Assembly: GCF_002310835.1 (NCBI RefSeq)
Contig: NZ_CP011041.1
Location: forward strand, 1,380,001 to 1,412,000
DNA from: Pseudoalteromonas tetraodonis
Lineage (GTDB): Bacteria; Pseudomonadota; Gammaproteobacteria; Enterobacterales; Alteromonadaceae
Reading direction: 5' to 3'
DNA length: 32,000 nt
Positions 19,867 to 27,716 of this stretch are shown in pieces (position 1 is the first letter of the stretch; each line of letters opens with the position of its first letter). The translations under genes and the position numbers were made by a program. The notes under the pieces are model-generated. The model saw only the letters and a program-made list of their open reading frames with translations, searched no databases and was not told the origin of the DNA.

Positions 19867-20049
19867 GCGGGCTGCGAGCTACGGGTTTCGGGATCAGGCT
19901 CGTAATCCGATCCCCGCAGCCCGTTAACTTTCGATTGTAACTTTACCCTCTAAAAGCGCAGTGTCTCTTAGCCCTCTTTGTGAATAATTTTCTTAAAGAT
20001 CTTATTGCACTGAGAGAAGATAATGAGGAGTAAATGAGAAGATAAAACA
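19867..20049. repeat. Intergenic direct repeat, copy A (GC-rich hairpin module plus an AT-rich tail)
   Basis: A 183-nt unit, roughly 95% identical by eye to 20289-20464. Differences are a 7-nt indel, a short substituted patch in the hairpin and 3 point differences. It opens with a nested hairpin, CGGGCTGCG...GGGATC...GATCCC-CGCAGCCCG. Confidence 0.85.
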
Positions 20050-20110
20050 AGGGTTAGGGATTAGGCCCGTAGCACGCTCCCCACAACCCGTTAACTTTAC
20101 CTCTATCTTT
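20050..20110. repeat. Degenerate third copy of the GC-rich hairpin module
   Basis: GGGTTAGGGATTAGGCCCGTAGC...CCCGTTAACTTTACCTCT contains an inverted piece and then a direct piece of the copy A/B hairpin arm (CCCGTTAACTTTACCCTCT). Confidence 0.45.
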
Positions 20111-20288
20111 ATTTTTGAACCACGGAGTACACCGAGGCGCTACGCGCTGCACCGAGAATACAAAACAAAAACCAATACCCTGTACTTTTTAATTTCATAA
20201 CATTTGTATTTAATCATTTCCTCTGTTTTCTCCTATCCTCTGTGGTAAATAAATCACTAAAATCTTATTGTCATGCTTGCGGCAATTT

Positions 20289-20464
20289 GCGGGCTACGGG
20301 TTTCGGGATCAGGCTCGTAACCCTAACCCCGCAGCCCGTTAACTTTCGATTGTAACTTTACCCTCTAAAAGCGCAGCGTCTCTTAGCCCTCTTTGTGAAT
20401 AATTTTCTTAAAGATCTAATTGCACTGAGAGAAGAGAATGAGGAGTAAATGAGAAGATAAAACA
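20289..20464. repeat. Intergenic direct repeat, copy B
   Basis: A 176-nt unit matching 19867-20049 (see copy A). Confidence 0.85.
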
Positions 20465-20529
20465 GGTATTAGCAGATAACTTGTAGACATAGAGCTTGAT
20501 CTCGTGTGAAGCGAAGCTTCGAATGTTTT

Positions 20530-20585
20530 AACCTTTAACCTTTAACCTTTAACCTTTAACCTTTAACCTTTAACCTTTAACCTTC
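20530..20585. repeat. Heptanucleotide microsatellite (AACCTTT) x7 perfect plus 1 imperfect
   Basis: Read directly: AACCTTT repeated head-to-tail from 20530 to 20578, then AACCTTC. Confidence 0.95.
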
Positions 20586-20653
20586 AGTCTTTAATCCTTA
20601 CCCGATCCTCGCAGCCCGAACCCCGTTTGCCAGATACATAAATGCCAGGCATT

Positions 20654-20690
20654 AAAAAACCGCGTTAAAATCAATTAACGCGGCTTTTTT
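20654..20690. terminator. Bidirectional rho-independent terminator (rne 3' end)
   Basis: AAAAAA-CCGCGTTAA / AATCAA / TTAACGCGG-CTTTTTT: a 9-bp stem with an A-tract on one side and a T-tract on the other. It lies 24 nt beyond the stop at 20714-20716. Confidence 0.85.
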
Positions 20691-20713
20691 ATGCTCTTAG
20701 CTAAACTCAGTGC

Positions 20714-21502
20714 TTATTCAGCACTCAGCGTTTTAGTCATTGCTGAGCTTGCACGACCGGCAGGTTTTACCGAGCCAGGGCGAAGGCCGCTGTCAGGGAT
20801 TAACTCACGTTTGTCATGTGCCATTGCAACCGATGTATGCTTGGTTTCGCTATCGGCTACAGGCGCAGGCTGTGCCATTGGCGCACTTGCATGTCCTGCT
20901 GTAATCACTGTTTTAGCGTTTACATTAGCTGAACTCGTTTGCGAAACTGCCTTAGGTTTATTTTCAACCACAGGTGCTTCTTTCGCTTCTACAGGTGTTT
21001 CAGTAGCGCTAACCGGTGCTGTTTCAGCTTCAACAGCAACTTCTTCAGCTGGTACTGATTCTTCAGCTTTTACTGGTTCTTCAGCTTTTACTGGTTCTTC
21101 AGCTTTTACTGGTTCTTCAGTTTTCACTGGTTCTTCAGCTTTCACTGGTTCTTCAGCTTTCACTGGTTCTTCAGCTTTCACTGGTTCTTCAGTTTGCACT
21201 GGTTCTTCAGCTTTTACTGGTTCTTCAGCTTTCACTGGTTCTTCAGTTTTTACTGGTTCTTCAGTTTTTACTGGTTCTTCAGTTTTTACTGGTTCTTCAG
21301 CTTTTACTGGTTCTTCAGCTTTTACAGGCTCTTCAACTTTCGCTAATTCTTCTTCAACAATGTTTTGTTCAACTGCATCAGAGGCATCAACGGCCGTTTT
21401 ATGTGCTTTTGCTTTTAGCTCTGCTTCGTATTCAGCAGCGGCTTGATCCGCAACTGGAATGAAAGCAGGCGCTTCATCAGACTTCTCTTGCGTGCCTTCA
21501 CC
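20714..21502 (-). CDS. rne: Continuation of the rne reading frame: RNase E C-terminal scaffold region (262 codons) downstream of an in-frame TAA
   Basis: It is in the same frame as 21503..23893 and contains no stop. I translated it by hand: GEGTQEKSDEAPAFIPVADQAAAEYEAELKAKAHKTAVDASDAVEQNIVEEELAKV(EEPVKA)n...GHASAPMAQPAPV...TKTLSAE*. The tail resembles the E. coli RNase E C-terminal end (NHATAPMTRAPAP...). The track only shows the 173-aa part from GTG 21235. Confidence 0.7.
   Translation of the reverse strand, partial: GEGTQEKSDEAPAFIPVADQAAAEYEAELKAKAHKTAVDASDAVEQNIVEEELAKVEEPVKAEEPVKAEEPVKTEEPVKTEEPVKTEEPVKAEEPVKAEEPVQTEEPVKAEEPVKAEEPVKAEEPVKTEEPVKAEEPVKAEEPVKAEESVPAEEVAVEAETAPVSATETPVEAKEAPVVENKPKAVSQTSSANVNAKTVITAGHASAPMAQPAPVADSETKHTSVAMAHDKRELIPDSGLRPGSVKPAGRASSAMTKTLSAE
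21047..21334 (-). repeat. Coding tandem repeat, 18 bp x 16 (EEPVKA/EEPVKT/EEPVQT ... EESVPA)
   Basis: On the minus strand the unit is GAAGAACCAGTAAAAGCT, repeated head-to-tail with a few A/G and A/C substitutions. It creates stop-free shadow ORFs on the + strand. Confidence 0.95.
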
Positions 21503-23893
21503 TTAAGGACGACGACGACGTTGGCCAGATGCACGAAGATGACGCGGTGAACGACGTGAGCGAGTACGTGTTTGCTCTTGCTCTTCATCTTGTGTTGCCA
21601 CGTTATCGTTTGCATCAACAACAGCCTCAGCTTGTTCTTTAGCAGGTGCAGGTGCTTTTTCATCAGATACCGGCGCTTGCTTTTCAACAACAGGAGCTTG
21701 CTCTTTCACTTGTGGCTTGTCTTCTTTAACCACTGGTTGCTCAACAGCTTGCTCAGTTGTTTGAACTTGCTCTGTGCTTTCGTCTTGTACGCGAACTTTT
21801 TTACGTAAATTACGACGTTGACGACGTACCTTAGGCTTTTGCTCTTTTGGCTCAGCATTCTTATCAGATTTAACTGCAGTATCCGTATTTTGAGTTGCCT
21901 CTGCTTTTACTTGCGTTTTATCTTCAGTTTTATGCTCAGGACGTTTACGCGTATTTGAATTACGACGGCGCTTATTGCGATTCTCATTCTTTTCTTGCGT
22001 ATCATTTACAGGCGCCGACTCATTTTTAGCTTCAGCGTCTGCAGTACGTTCGTTACGCGGTTTATTACGAGGGTTATTATTACGACGACGTTGGTTGTTA
22101 TTACGACGACGATTATCATTACCACGATTATTACTAGGGCGATCTTGCGATTGCTTTTCAGTCTGTTTTTCTGATTTTTGCTCAGTATCAGACCCAAATA
22201 ACGACTTAATCCATTTACCTAATGCGGCAAATAAACCAATTTCAGCTTTTGCTTCTACTACCGGCGCAGCTTTTGCTGCCGCTTGTGGCGCAGGCGTTGA
22301 AGGCATAACGACGCCTTTAAGCTTCGGCTCTTCACGAACAGGTGCCGCTGGCGATTTAGACATTTCAAATGCTTCAGGCTCAGGCGCAACAACTTGCTCG
22401 TAGCTTACAGTTTCAAGTGTTTCGTCTTTACGTAAACGCATTACTTCGTAGTGAGGTGTTTCCATGTGTTGATTAGGAATAATCACTACATCACATTTAT
22501 GATGCTTTTCAATACGGTGAACGCTACGACGTTGCTCATTCAATAAATAAGCGGCAACAGCAACAGGCACTTGAGCATTAACTTGAGCGGTGTTGTCTTT
22601 AATCGCTTCTTCTTCAATTAAACGAAGAATAGACAATGCGATTGATTCGTTAGAACGAATAGTACCTTGACCACTACAACGTGGACAAACACCTTGGCTT
22701 GCTTCACCTAGTGAAGGGCGAAGGCGTTGGCGCGACATTTCAAGTAAGCCAAAGCGAGAAATTTTACCAATTTGTACGCGCGCACGATCTGGGCGAGCAG
22801 CATCTTTTAAGCGGTTTTCTACTTCACGTTGATGACGTGGAGGTGTCATATCAATAAAGTCGATAACAATTAAGCCACCTAAATCACGTAAACGAAGTTG
22901 ACGTGCAATTTCATCTGCCGCTTCTAGGTTGGTGTTAAGCGCTGTTTCTTCAATATCGCCGCCTTTTGTTGCTTTAGACGAGTTGATATCGATAGAGGTA
23001 AGTGCTTCAGTAGGGTCAATTACAATAGAACCACCTGAAGGTAAGCGCACTTCACGTTGAAACGCAGACTCAATTTGGCTTTCAATTTGGTAATGTGTAA
23101 ATAACGGTGTATCACCTTGATAAAGCTTAACGCGACTCATGAAATCAGGACGAAAACGCTCTATGTGCGCTTTAGCTTCTTCAAAAACACGAGGCTTATC
23201 AATTAAAATTTCGCCAATGTCACGACGTAAATAATCGCGAATTGCACGGAAAATCACGTTGCTTTCTTGGTGAATTAAAAATGGTGCTTTTGCACTGTCT
23301 GCCGCTTGTTGAATGGCTTCCCAGTGGACTAATAATGCTTTTAAATCGTAGTTTAGTTCTTCAAACGACTTACCAACACCTGCGGTACGTACAATTAAGC
23401 CCATACCTTTTGGAAGTTCTAAGCGGCTTAGCGACTCTTTAAGTTCAGTTCGCTCATCACCTTCGATACGGCGAGAAATACCGCCAGCGCGAGGGTTGTT
23501 AGGCATAAGCACTAAATAACTACCTGCCACGCTGATAAAGGTAGTCAGTGCTGCCCCTTTTTGGCCGCGCTCTTCTTTATCAACTTGTACAATAACTTCT
23601 TGACCTTCTTTGATCACGTCGCGAATATTCGGACGACCATGAAAGGTGTAACCTTGCGGGAAGTAAGTACGGGCAATTTCTTTTAAAGGAAGGAAACCAT
23701 GACGATCAGCACCGTAATCAACAAATGCTGCTTCTAAAGATGGTTCAATACGTGTGATTTTACCTTTGTAAATATTGGCTTTTTTCTGTTCGTGACCTGG
23801 GCTTTCTATATCTAAATCATATAGGCGCTGGCCGTCAACCAGTGCTACGCGCATTTCTTCTTGCTGCGTTGCATTGATTAGCATACGTTTCAT
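21503..23893 (-). CDS. rne: Ribonuclease E: catalytic domain, membrane-targeting helix, Arg-rich RNA-binding segments and an RhlB-site motif; ends at an in-frame TAA
   Basis: 796 aa. The N-terminus [30 protein letters not shown] is almost identical to E. coli Rne. It has the Zn-link CPRCSGQG, the amphipathic [20 protein letters not shown] and [12 protein letters not shown]-type AR segments. It ends ...[17 protein letters not shown], compared with E. coli SRSPRHLRVSGQRRRRY... Confidence 0.95.
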   Translation of the reverse strand: MKRMLINATQQEEMRVALVDGQRLYDLDIESPGHEQKKANIYKGKITRIEPSLEAAFVDYGADRHGFLPLKEIARTYFPQGYTFHGRPNIRDVIKEGQEVIVQVDKEERGQKGAALTTFISVAGSYLVLMPNNPRAGGISRRIEGDERTELKESLSRLELPKGMGLIVRTAGVGKSFEELNYDLKALLVHWEAIQQAADSAKAPFLIHQESNVIFRAIRDYLRRDIGEILIDKPRVFEEAKAHIERFRPDFMSRVKLYQGDTPLFTHYQIESQIESAFQREVRLPSGGSIVIDPTEALTSIDINSSKATKGGDIEETALNTNLEAADEIARQLRLRDLGGLIVIDFIDMTPPRHQREVENRLKDAARPDRARVQIGKISRFGLLEMSRQRLRPSLGEASQGVCPRCSGQGTIRSNESIALSILRLIEEEAIKDNTAQVNAQVPVAVAAYLLNEQRRSVHRIEKHHKCDVVIIPNQHMETPHYEVMRLRKDETLETVSYEQVVAPEPEAFEMSKSPAAPVREEPKLKGVVMPSTPAPQAAAKAAPVVEAKAEIGLFAALGKWIKSLFGSDTEQKSEKQTEKQSQDRPSNNRGNDNRRRNNNQRRRNNNPRNKPRNERTADAEAKNESAPVNDTQEKNENRNKRRRNSNTRKRPEHKTEDKTQVKAEATQNTDTAVKSDKNAEPKEQKPKVRRQRRNLRKKVRVQDESTEQVQTTEQAVEQPVVKEDKPQVKEQAPVVEKQAPVSDEKAPAPAKEQAEAVVDANDNVATQDEEQEQTRTRSRRSPRHLRASGQRRRRP

Positions 23894-24300
23894 AATGTTA
23901 CTCTACTAGTTTGTGTCGCTGACATGACGATGTTTTCTCGCCTGTTCAGGTGTTCCTATTTTTAGAATGTGCAGCCTCACGACTGGGTCTTTAACGGAAC
24001 GGCTCTGTATTTAGTAAGCAGTATTTTAAATGCCGGCAAACAATAGGGTGTAATCACGCTATTAAATTCTAAGGGGATACAAACGTGTCGGCTTTTTAGC
24101 TCAATACTCGTTTTATCCAGAAGTTGGCCTGTCATAACAATCTTATTAAATGCATTCATATTAGGTGCGTAGGGCTCTTTAGCTTCAAACCATAGTTTCG
24201 TTTTTAAAACTACCGTTATCGTTTTTATGAGCAAAAATCGCTACCGATGTTAATGAACGCTTATTTATTAGATTTTTTTAGTTCTAAATAAGCTGCTGTA
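23894..24300 (-). promoter_or_regulatory. Probable long structured rne 5' leader (autoregulatory UTR expected from E. coli)
   Basis: A 770-bp non-coding gap separates divergent rne and rluC. E. coli rne has a long RNase E-responsive leader of several hundred nt. A 9-bp inverted repeat GCTTATTTA...TAAATAAGC (24259-24293) and other hairpins are present. The boundaries and the promoter are not determined. Confidence 0.35.
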
Positions 24301-24663
24301 CGGTACTACAATATTTGAGCGAATTCTGAACGGCGTTTTTTTACGCCGCCACTATCAGACAAATTATCTGTTCATTGCTTTTATTATCACTTTAAAAATC
24401 AATTCATGTTCAAACTTAAGCAGCAATATATTACGCGCATTGCCGTTAGTTGTGCGCACGTGTTAACTGGGTATGTATAAAAGCTTTGGAAAACTTAACT
24501 CGGATCTGTATGATCGGTTACCCAGAATGTGCATCACGAATGTTTTAATGTGTTAAAAAGCACCGTTGTTATTTGCAAATACTAAATATTTGCGCTGCTG
24601 ATTATCCCACTATTATAACTGTGTTAGCAACTAAATTATTTTACTTAAATCAGTGATTAGGCA

Positions 24664-25623
24664 ATGTCAGAAAAAACCGGCTTACAAGTAACTTTTGTCA
24701 CTATCAACGAAGACCACCTAGGTCAGCGTATTGATAACTTTCTTATTACCCATTTAAAAGGGGTGCCTAAAAGCGCAGTTTACAAAATTCTTCGTAAAGG
24801 TGAGGTGCGTGTAAACAAAAAACGCATTAAACCTGTGTATAAATTGCAGCTAGACGACGTTATTCGTATACCACCAATCAGAGTGTCAGAGCGTGAAGAG
24901 TTTGTCCCTTCAAAACTCGATAAAGTAACTCGCCTTGAAGACGATATTCTATTTGAAGACAAATACCTGATGGTTATTAACAAGCCATCGGGTATGGCTG
25001 TGCATGGCGGCAGTGGCCTAAGCTATGGCCTTATTGAAGCATTACGTGTTTTACGCCCAGAAGAGCGCAGCCTTGAGCTTGTGCATCGTTTAGACCGTGA
25101 TACATCAGGTTGTTTACTCATTGCTAAGCGCCGCTCTGTGCTGACTGCCTTGCATGAGCAATTGCGTGAAAAAACCATGGAAAAAAATTATTGGGCACTT
25201 GTTGAGGGTCAATGGGACTCTAAAACAAAAAATGTGACTGAAGGCTTGCGCAAAAACACCCTAAAATCGGGTGAGCGCGTAGTACGTGTTGATAATACCG
25301 AGGGCAAACCGTCGCATACCCGCTTTAAAGTGCTTGAGCGTTTTAACGATTGCTCATTAGTACAAGCATCCCCTGTAACCGGTCGTACTCACCAAATTCG
25401 TGTGCATACTCAGTGTCAAGGTCATGCTATTGCCTGTGATGACAAATATGGCGATCAAGGGTTTGACGAGTCAATGCGTAAACGTGGTTTAAACCGCTTA
25501 TTTTTACACGCCCATGATTTAAGTTTTTACCACCCTAAAAACGAAACCACCATGCGAGTAGAAGCACCGCTTGATAAAGCACTATCAAGCTGTTTAGTTA
25601 AACTTAGAGCAGCAAAAGCGTGA
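24664..25623 (+). CDS. rluC: 23S rRNA pseudouridine synthase RluC
   Basis: 319 aa (similar in length to E. coli RluC, from memory). It has an S4 domain (RIDNFLITHLKGVPKSAVYKILRKGEVRVNKKR), the catalytic motif HRLDRDTSGCLLIAK and GRTHQIRVH. It is divergent from rne, as in E. coli. Confidence 0.93.
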   Translation: MSEKTGLQVTFVTINEDHLGQRIDNFLITHLKGVPKSAVYKILRKGEVRVNKKRIKPVYKLQLDDVIRIPPIRVSEREEFVPSKLDKVTRLEDDILFEDKYLMVINKPSGMAVHGGSGLSYGLIEALRVLRPEERSLELVHRLDRDTSGCLLIAKRRSVLTALHEQLREKTMEKNYWALVEGQWDSKTKNVTEGLRKNTLKSGERVVRVDNTEGKPSHTRFKVLERFNDCSLVQASPVTGRTHQIRVHTQCQGHAIACDDKYGDQGFDESMRKRGLNRLFLHAHDLSFYHPKNETTMRVEAPLDKALSSCLVKLRAAKA

Positions 25624-26279
25624 TCTCACCCACCATGAAAAACTACAAGCTGGTGATTTTTGATTGGGACGGCACCATTATGGATTCAATTAGCAAAATA
25701 GTTAATTGTATCCGCAAAAGTGCGCAGTTACTCAATATTGAACCGCCGAGCGATACCGCCAGTAAAAATATTATTGGCTTGTCGCTTGAAAACGCAATAG
25801 CGAGCTTGTTTCCTGATTACAGTGAGCATCATGAAGCGCTTATTGCAGGTTATAAACAGCAGTATGCGCTTGATACCACCCCAACACCGGTGTTTGAGCA
25901 CGTTGAACAGGTGCTCACTGAGTTAAAAAATCAAGGCGTAATATTGGCGGTTGCCACAGGTAAAAGTCGGGTAGGGTTGGAGCGTCTATTGGATGAGAGC
26001 CAGCTGCGTCATTTTTTTAGTGCTACGCGTACCAGCGACGACGCCAAATCAAAGCCAGCTCCTGATATGCTCTATCAACTACTTGAAGAGCTGGCTATAA
26101 GCGCCGACGAAGCATTGATGATAGGCGACACGCAAATCGACATGGCAATGGCAAAAGCTGCAGGTATGGATAGACTAGGAGTAACCATGGGCGTGCACAA
26201 CGCTGCGCAATTAAACGAGTTTACGCCTATTGCAACCGCTGACAACTATCAGCAGTTGCAACAACTTTTACTTAGTTAG
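25620..26279 (+). CDS. HAD-IA family hydrolase (phosphoglycolate-phosphatase-like)
   Basis: HAD motif I is [12 protein letters not shown], motif II is VATGKS, and motif III/IV is KSKPAPD...[15 protein letters not shown]. The GTG at 25620 overlaps the rluC stop. ATG 25635 (MKNYKLVIF) is an equally plausible start. Confidence 0.85.
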   Translation: MISPTMKNYKLVIFDWDGTIMDSISKIVNCIRKSAQLLNIEPPSDTASKNIIGLSLENAIASLFPDYSEHHEALIAGYKQQYALDTTPTPVFEHVEQVLTELKNQGVILAVATGKSRVGLERLLDESQLRHFFSATRTSDDAKSKPAPDMLYQLLEELAISADEALMIGDTQIDMAMAKAAGMDRLGVTMGVHNAAQLNEFTPIATADNYQQLQQLLLS

Positions 26280-26868
26280 TTTGTGCGCTTAATACATCTA
26301 AGCCAAACTCAGCCAATAATTGGCTGAGTTTAATGAGTGGTAAACCAATTAAACTATTTGGGTCATCACCACTGAGCTTTTCAAATAAACAAATACCCAA
26401 GCCTTCACTTTTAAAACTTCCTGCACAATTATAAGGTTGCTCTGCATCGCAATAAGCACTTATTTGCGCCGTTGTTAACGTTTTAAAAGTGACATTAAAG
26501 GGCTCAACAAGGGTTTTGCTTTGCTTAGTGTCTATATCGTACACACACAAGCCAGTTAAAAAAGTGACCGTTTGCCCACTAAATAAGCTGAGTTGTTTTA
26601 TGGCGTTTTCTTTATTGTGTGGTTTACCTAATATTTGGTCATTAAATACAGCAACCTGATCGGAGCCAATCGCTAAGCCTTGGCCAAAATGCTCGACCGC
26701 AGCTGCGGCTTTTAGTTCGCTTAAACGTTTAACAAGATCGTTAGGTGTTTCGTTGCTGTGAGGCGTTTCGTCAACATCGGGCGAAAACGTTTCAAAAGGC
26801 AGATTAAATTTTTGTAATAAAGACTGCCTAAAAGGCGAGCTTGAGGCTAATATAAGAGAGTGCTTCAT
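26272..26868 (-). CDS. yceF: Maf-family nucleotide pyrophosphatase, YceF subfamily
   Basis: 198 aa, collinear with E. coli YceF ([45 protein letters not shown]). It lies upstream of and divergent from yceD, as in E. coli. Confidence 0.9.
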   Translation of the reverse strand: MKHSLILASSSPFRQSLLQKFNLPFETFSPDVDETPHSNETPNDLVKRLSELKAAAAVEHFGQGLAIGSDQVAVFNDQILGKPHNKENAIKQLSLFSGQTVTFLTGLCVYDIDTKQSKTLVEPFNVTFKTLTTAQISAYCDAEQPYNCAGSFKSEGLGICLFEKLSGDDPNSLIGLPLIKLSQLLAEFGLDVLSAQTN

Positions 26869-26961
26869 GGCATGTTTTCCTAGCGTAAATCAGATTGAGT
26901 TAGGATAAATCAGATCCGTGAGTAAAACACGTGAAAAACAACGTAAAATTGGTTTTTTACT

Positions 26962-26990
26962 TTGACTAACCCACTAACTATCTATATGAT
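26962..26990 (+). promoter_or_regulatory. Candidate sigma70 promoter for yceD-rpmF-plsX
   Basis: TTGACT (26962-26967), an exact 17-bp spacer, then TATGAT (26985-26990). The predicted transcription start is only about 2-4 nt before the yceD ATG at 27000. Confidence 0.45.
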
Positions 26991-26999
26991 GCAGCCCCT

Positions 27000-27524
27000 A
27001 TGCAAAAGGTGAAAATTCCCATCACCCTTCATCCGGGCAAAGCAGCGCAACACCGTTTAAAGTATGACGGCATTGTACCGCTTGAGAAACTTCCTCGTTT
27101 ACGAGGGGTTATCCAGGAAGAAGTAGGTGAAATAGCGGTAAAAATTCATTGCAAAAACGATGAGCAAGGTTTAGTTGTGATTAGTGGCAATTTGTCCACA
27201 CACGTAACTGTCACTTGTCAACGTTGTAATGGTGATTTAGGGTTGGATTTGGATCAAGACTTTGTGTATTCGCCAGTCGGTTTGGATGCAGAGTCAGATG
27301 ATCTTCCAGAAAGCTACGACGAAGTAGCACTTGATGAAAATGGTGAAATAGACGTATTTGAGTTAATCGAAGACGAACTTATTTTAGCAGTGCCATTAGT
27401 GCCTACCCACAACGAAGCTTCATGCAGTTATACAGCAGAGCCTGCCAGCTTTGGTGTTTTAAAGGCGGAAGATGATAAACCAAATCCATTTGATATTTTG
27501 AAACAACTTAAGAAAGATTCTTAG
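27000..27524 (+). CDS. yceD: Large-subunit ribosome accumulation protein YceD (DUF177)
   Basis: It starts MQKVKIPITL, like E. coli MQKVKLPLTL. The CQRC motif and the C-terminal KPNPFDILKQLK are conserved. Confidence 0.92.
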   Translation: MQKVKIPITLHPGKAAQHRLKYDGIVPLEKLPRLRGVIQEEVGEIAVKIHCKNDEQGLVVISGNLSTHVTVTCQRCNGDLGLDLDQDFVYSPVGLDAESDDLPESYDEVALDENGEIDVFELIEDELILAVPLVPTHNEASCSYTAEPASFGVLKAEDDKPNPFDILKQLKKDS

Positions 27525-27533
27525 GAGAAGACT

Positions 27534-27704
27534 ATGGCTGTACAAAAAAGCAAAAAGTCTCGTGCAAGACGCGGCATGCGCCGTTCACACGATGCGATCA
27601 GTGGTCCAACTTTAACTGTAGACCAAACATCTGGTGAGACTCATCGTCGTCACCATGTGACTGCAGATGGTTACTACAAAGGCGTTCAAGTAATTTCTAA
27701 CTAA
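27534..27704 (+). CDS. rpmF: 50S ribosomal protein L32
   Basis: It is absent from the ORF track because it is short. I translated it by hand: [56 protein letters not shown] (56 aa). A GGAG Shine-Dalgarno lies 7 nt upstream. Confidence 0.95.
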   Translation: MAVQKSKKSRARRGMRRSHDAISGPTLTVDQTSGETHRRHHVTADGYYKGVQVISN

Positions 27705-27716
27705 GAGATTGCTTAT

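Noticed and set aside
20020-20046. Mini-ORFs inside the direct repeat (ATGAGGAGTAAATGA and GAGGAG-TAA-ATGAGAAGATAA, i.e. M-R-R-stop), present in both copies
   Set aside because: They are 3-4 codons long with sub-optimal SD spacing. They are expected by chance in AT-rich sequence. I mention them only because they are duplicated with the repeat.
20050-20065. Telomere-like GGGTTAGGGATTAGG (and CCCTAACCCC at 20321-20330)
   Set aside because: There are only about two units. They form part of the GC-rich hairpin arms of the local repeat family and sit at an internal chromosomal location. The resemblance to TTAGGG is most likely coincidental.
20118-20247. Possible terminal inverted repeats AACCACGGAG... 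(20118) and ...CCTCTGTGGTA (20247) flanking about 110 bp, MITE-like
   Set aside because: Only about 9-10 nt pair, with a mismatch, and I could identify no target-site duplication. That is too short to distinguish from chance. It is folded into the repeat-mosaic finding as a weak note.
20530-21334. Possible CRISPR array, given the regular short repeats
   Set aside because: The repeats are directly abutting (7-nt and 18-nt units) with no unique spacers. There are no cas genes and no leader. One array is coding and the other is a microsatellite.
20691-21462. Two long + strand ORFs (251 aa with SSAFTG repeats, 148 aa with LVLQL repeats)
   Set aside because: They are antisense shadows of the 18-bp tandem repeat in the rne tail. 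The periodic repeat simply lacks stops in other frames. Their composition is not protein-like and the minus-strand frame has clear RNase E context.
23977-24234. 85-aa minus-strand ORF upstream of rne
   Set aside because: It has a TTG start and no Shine-Dalgarno, its composition is unremarkable, and it lies inside the expected structured rne leader. It is most likely non-coding.
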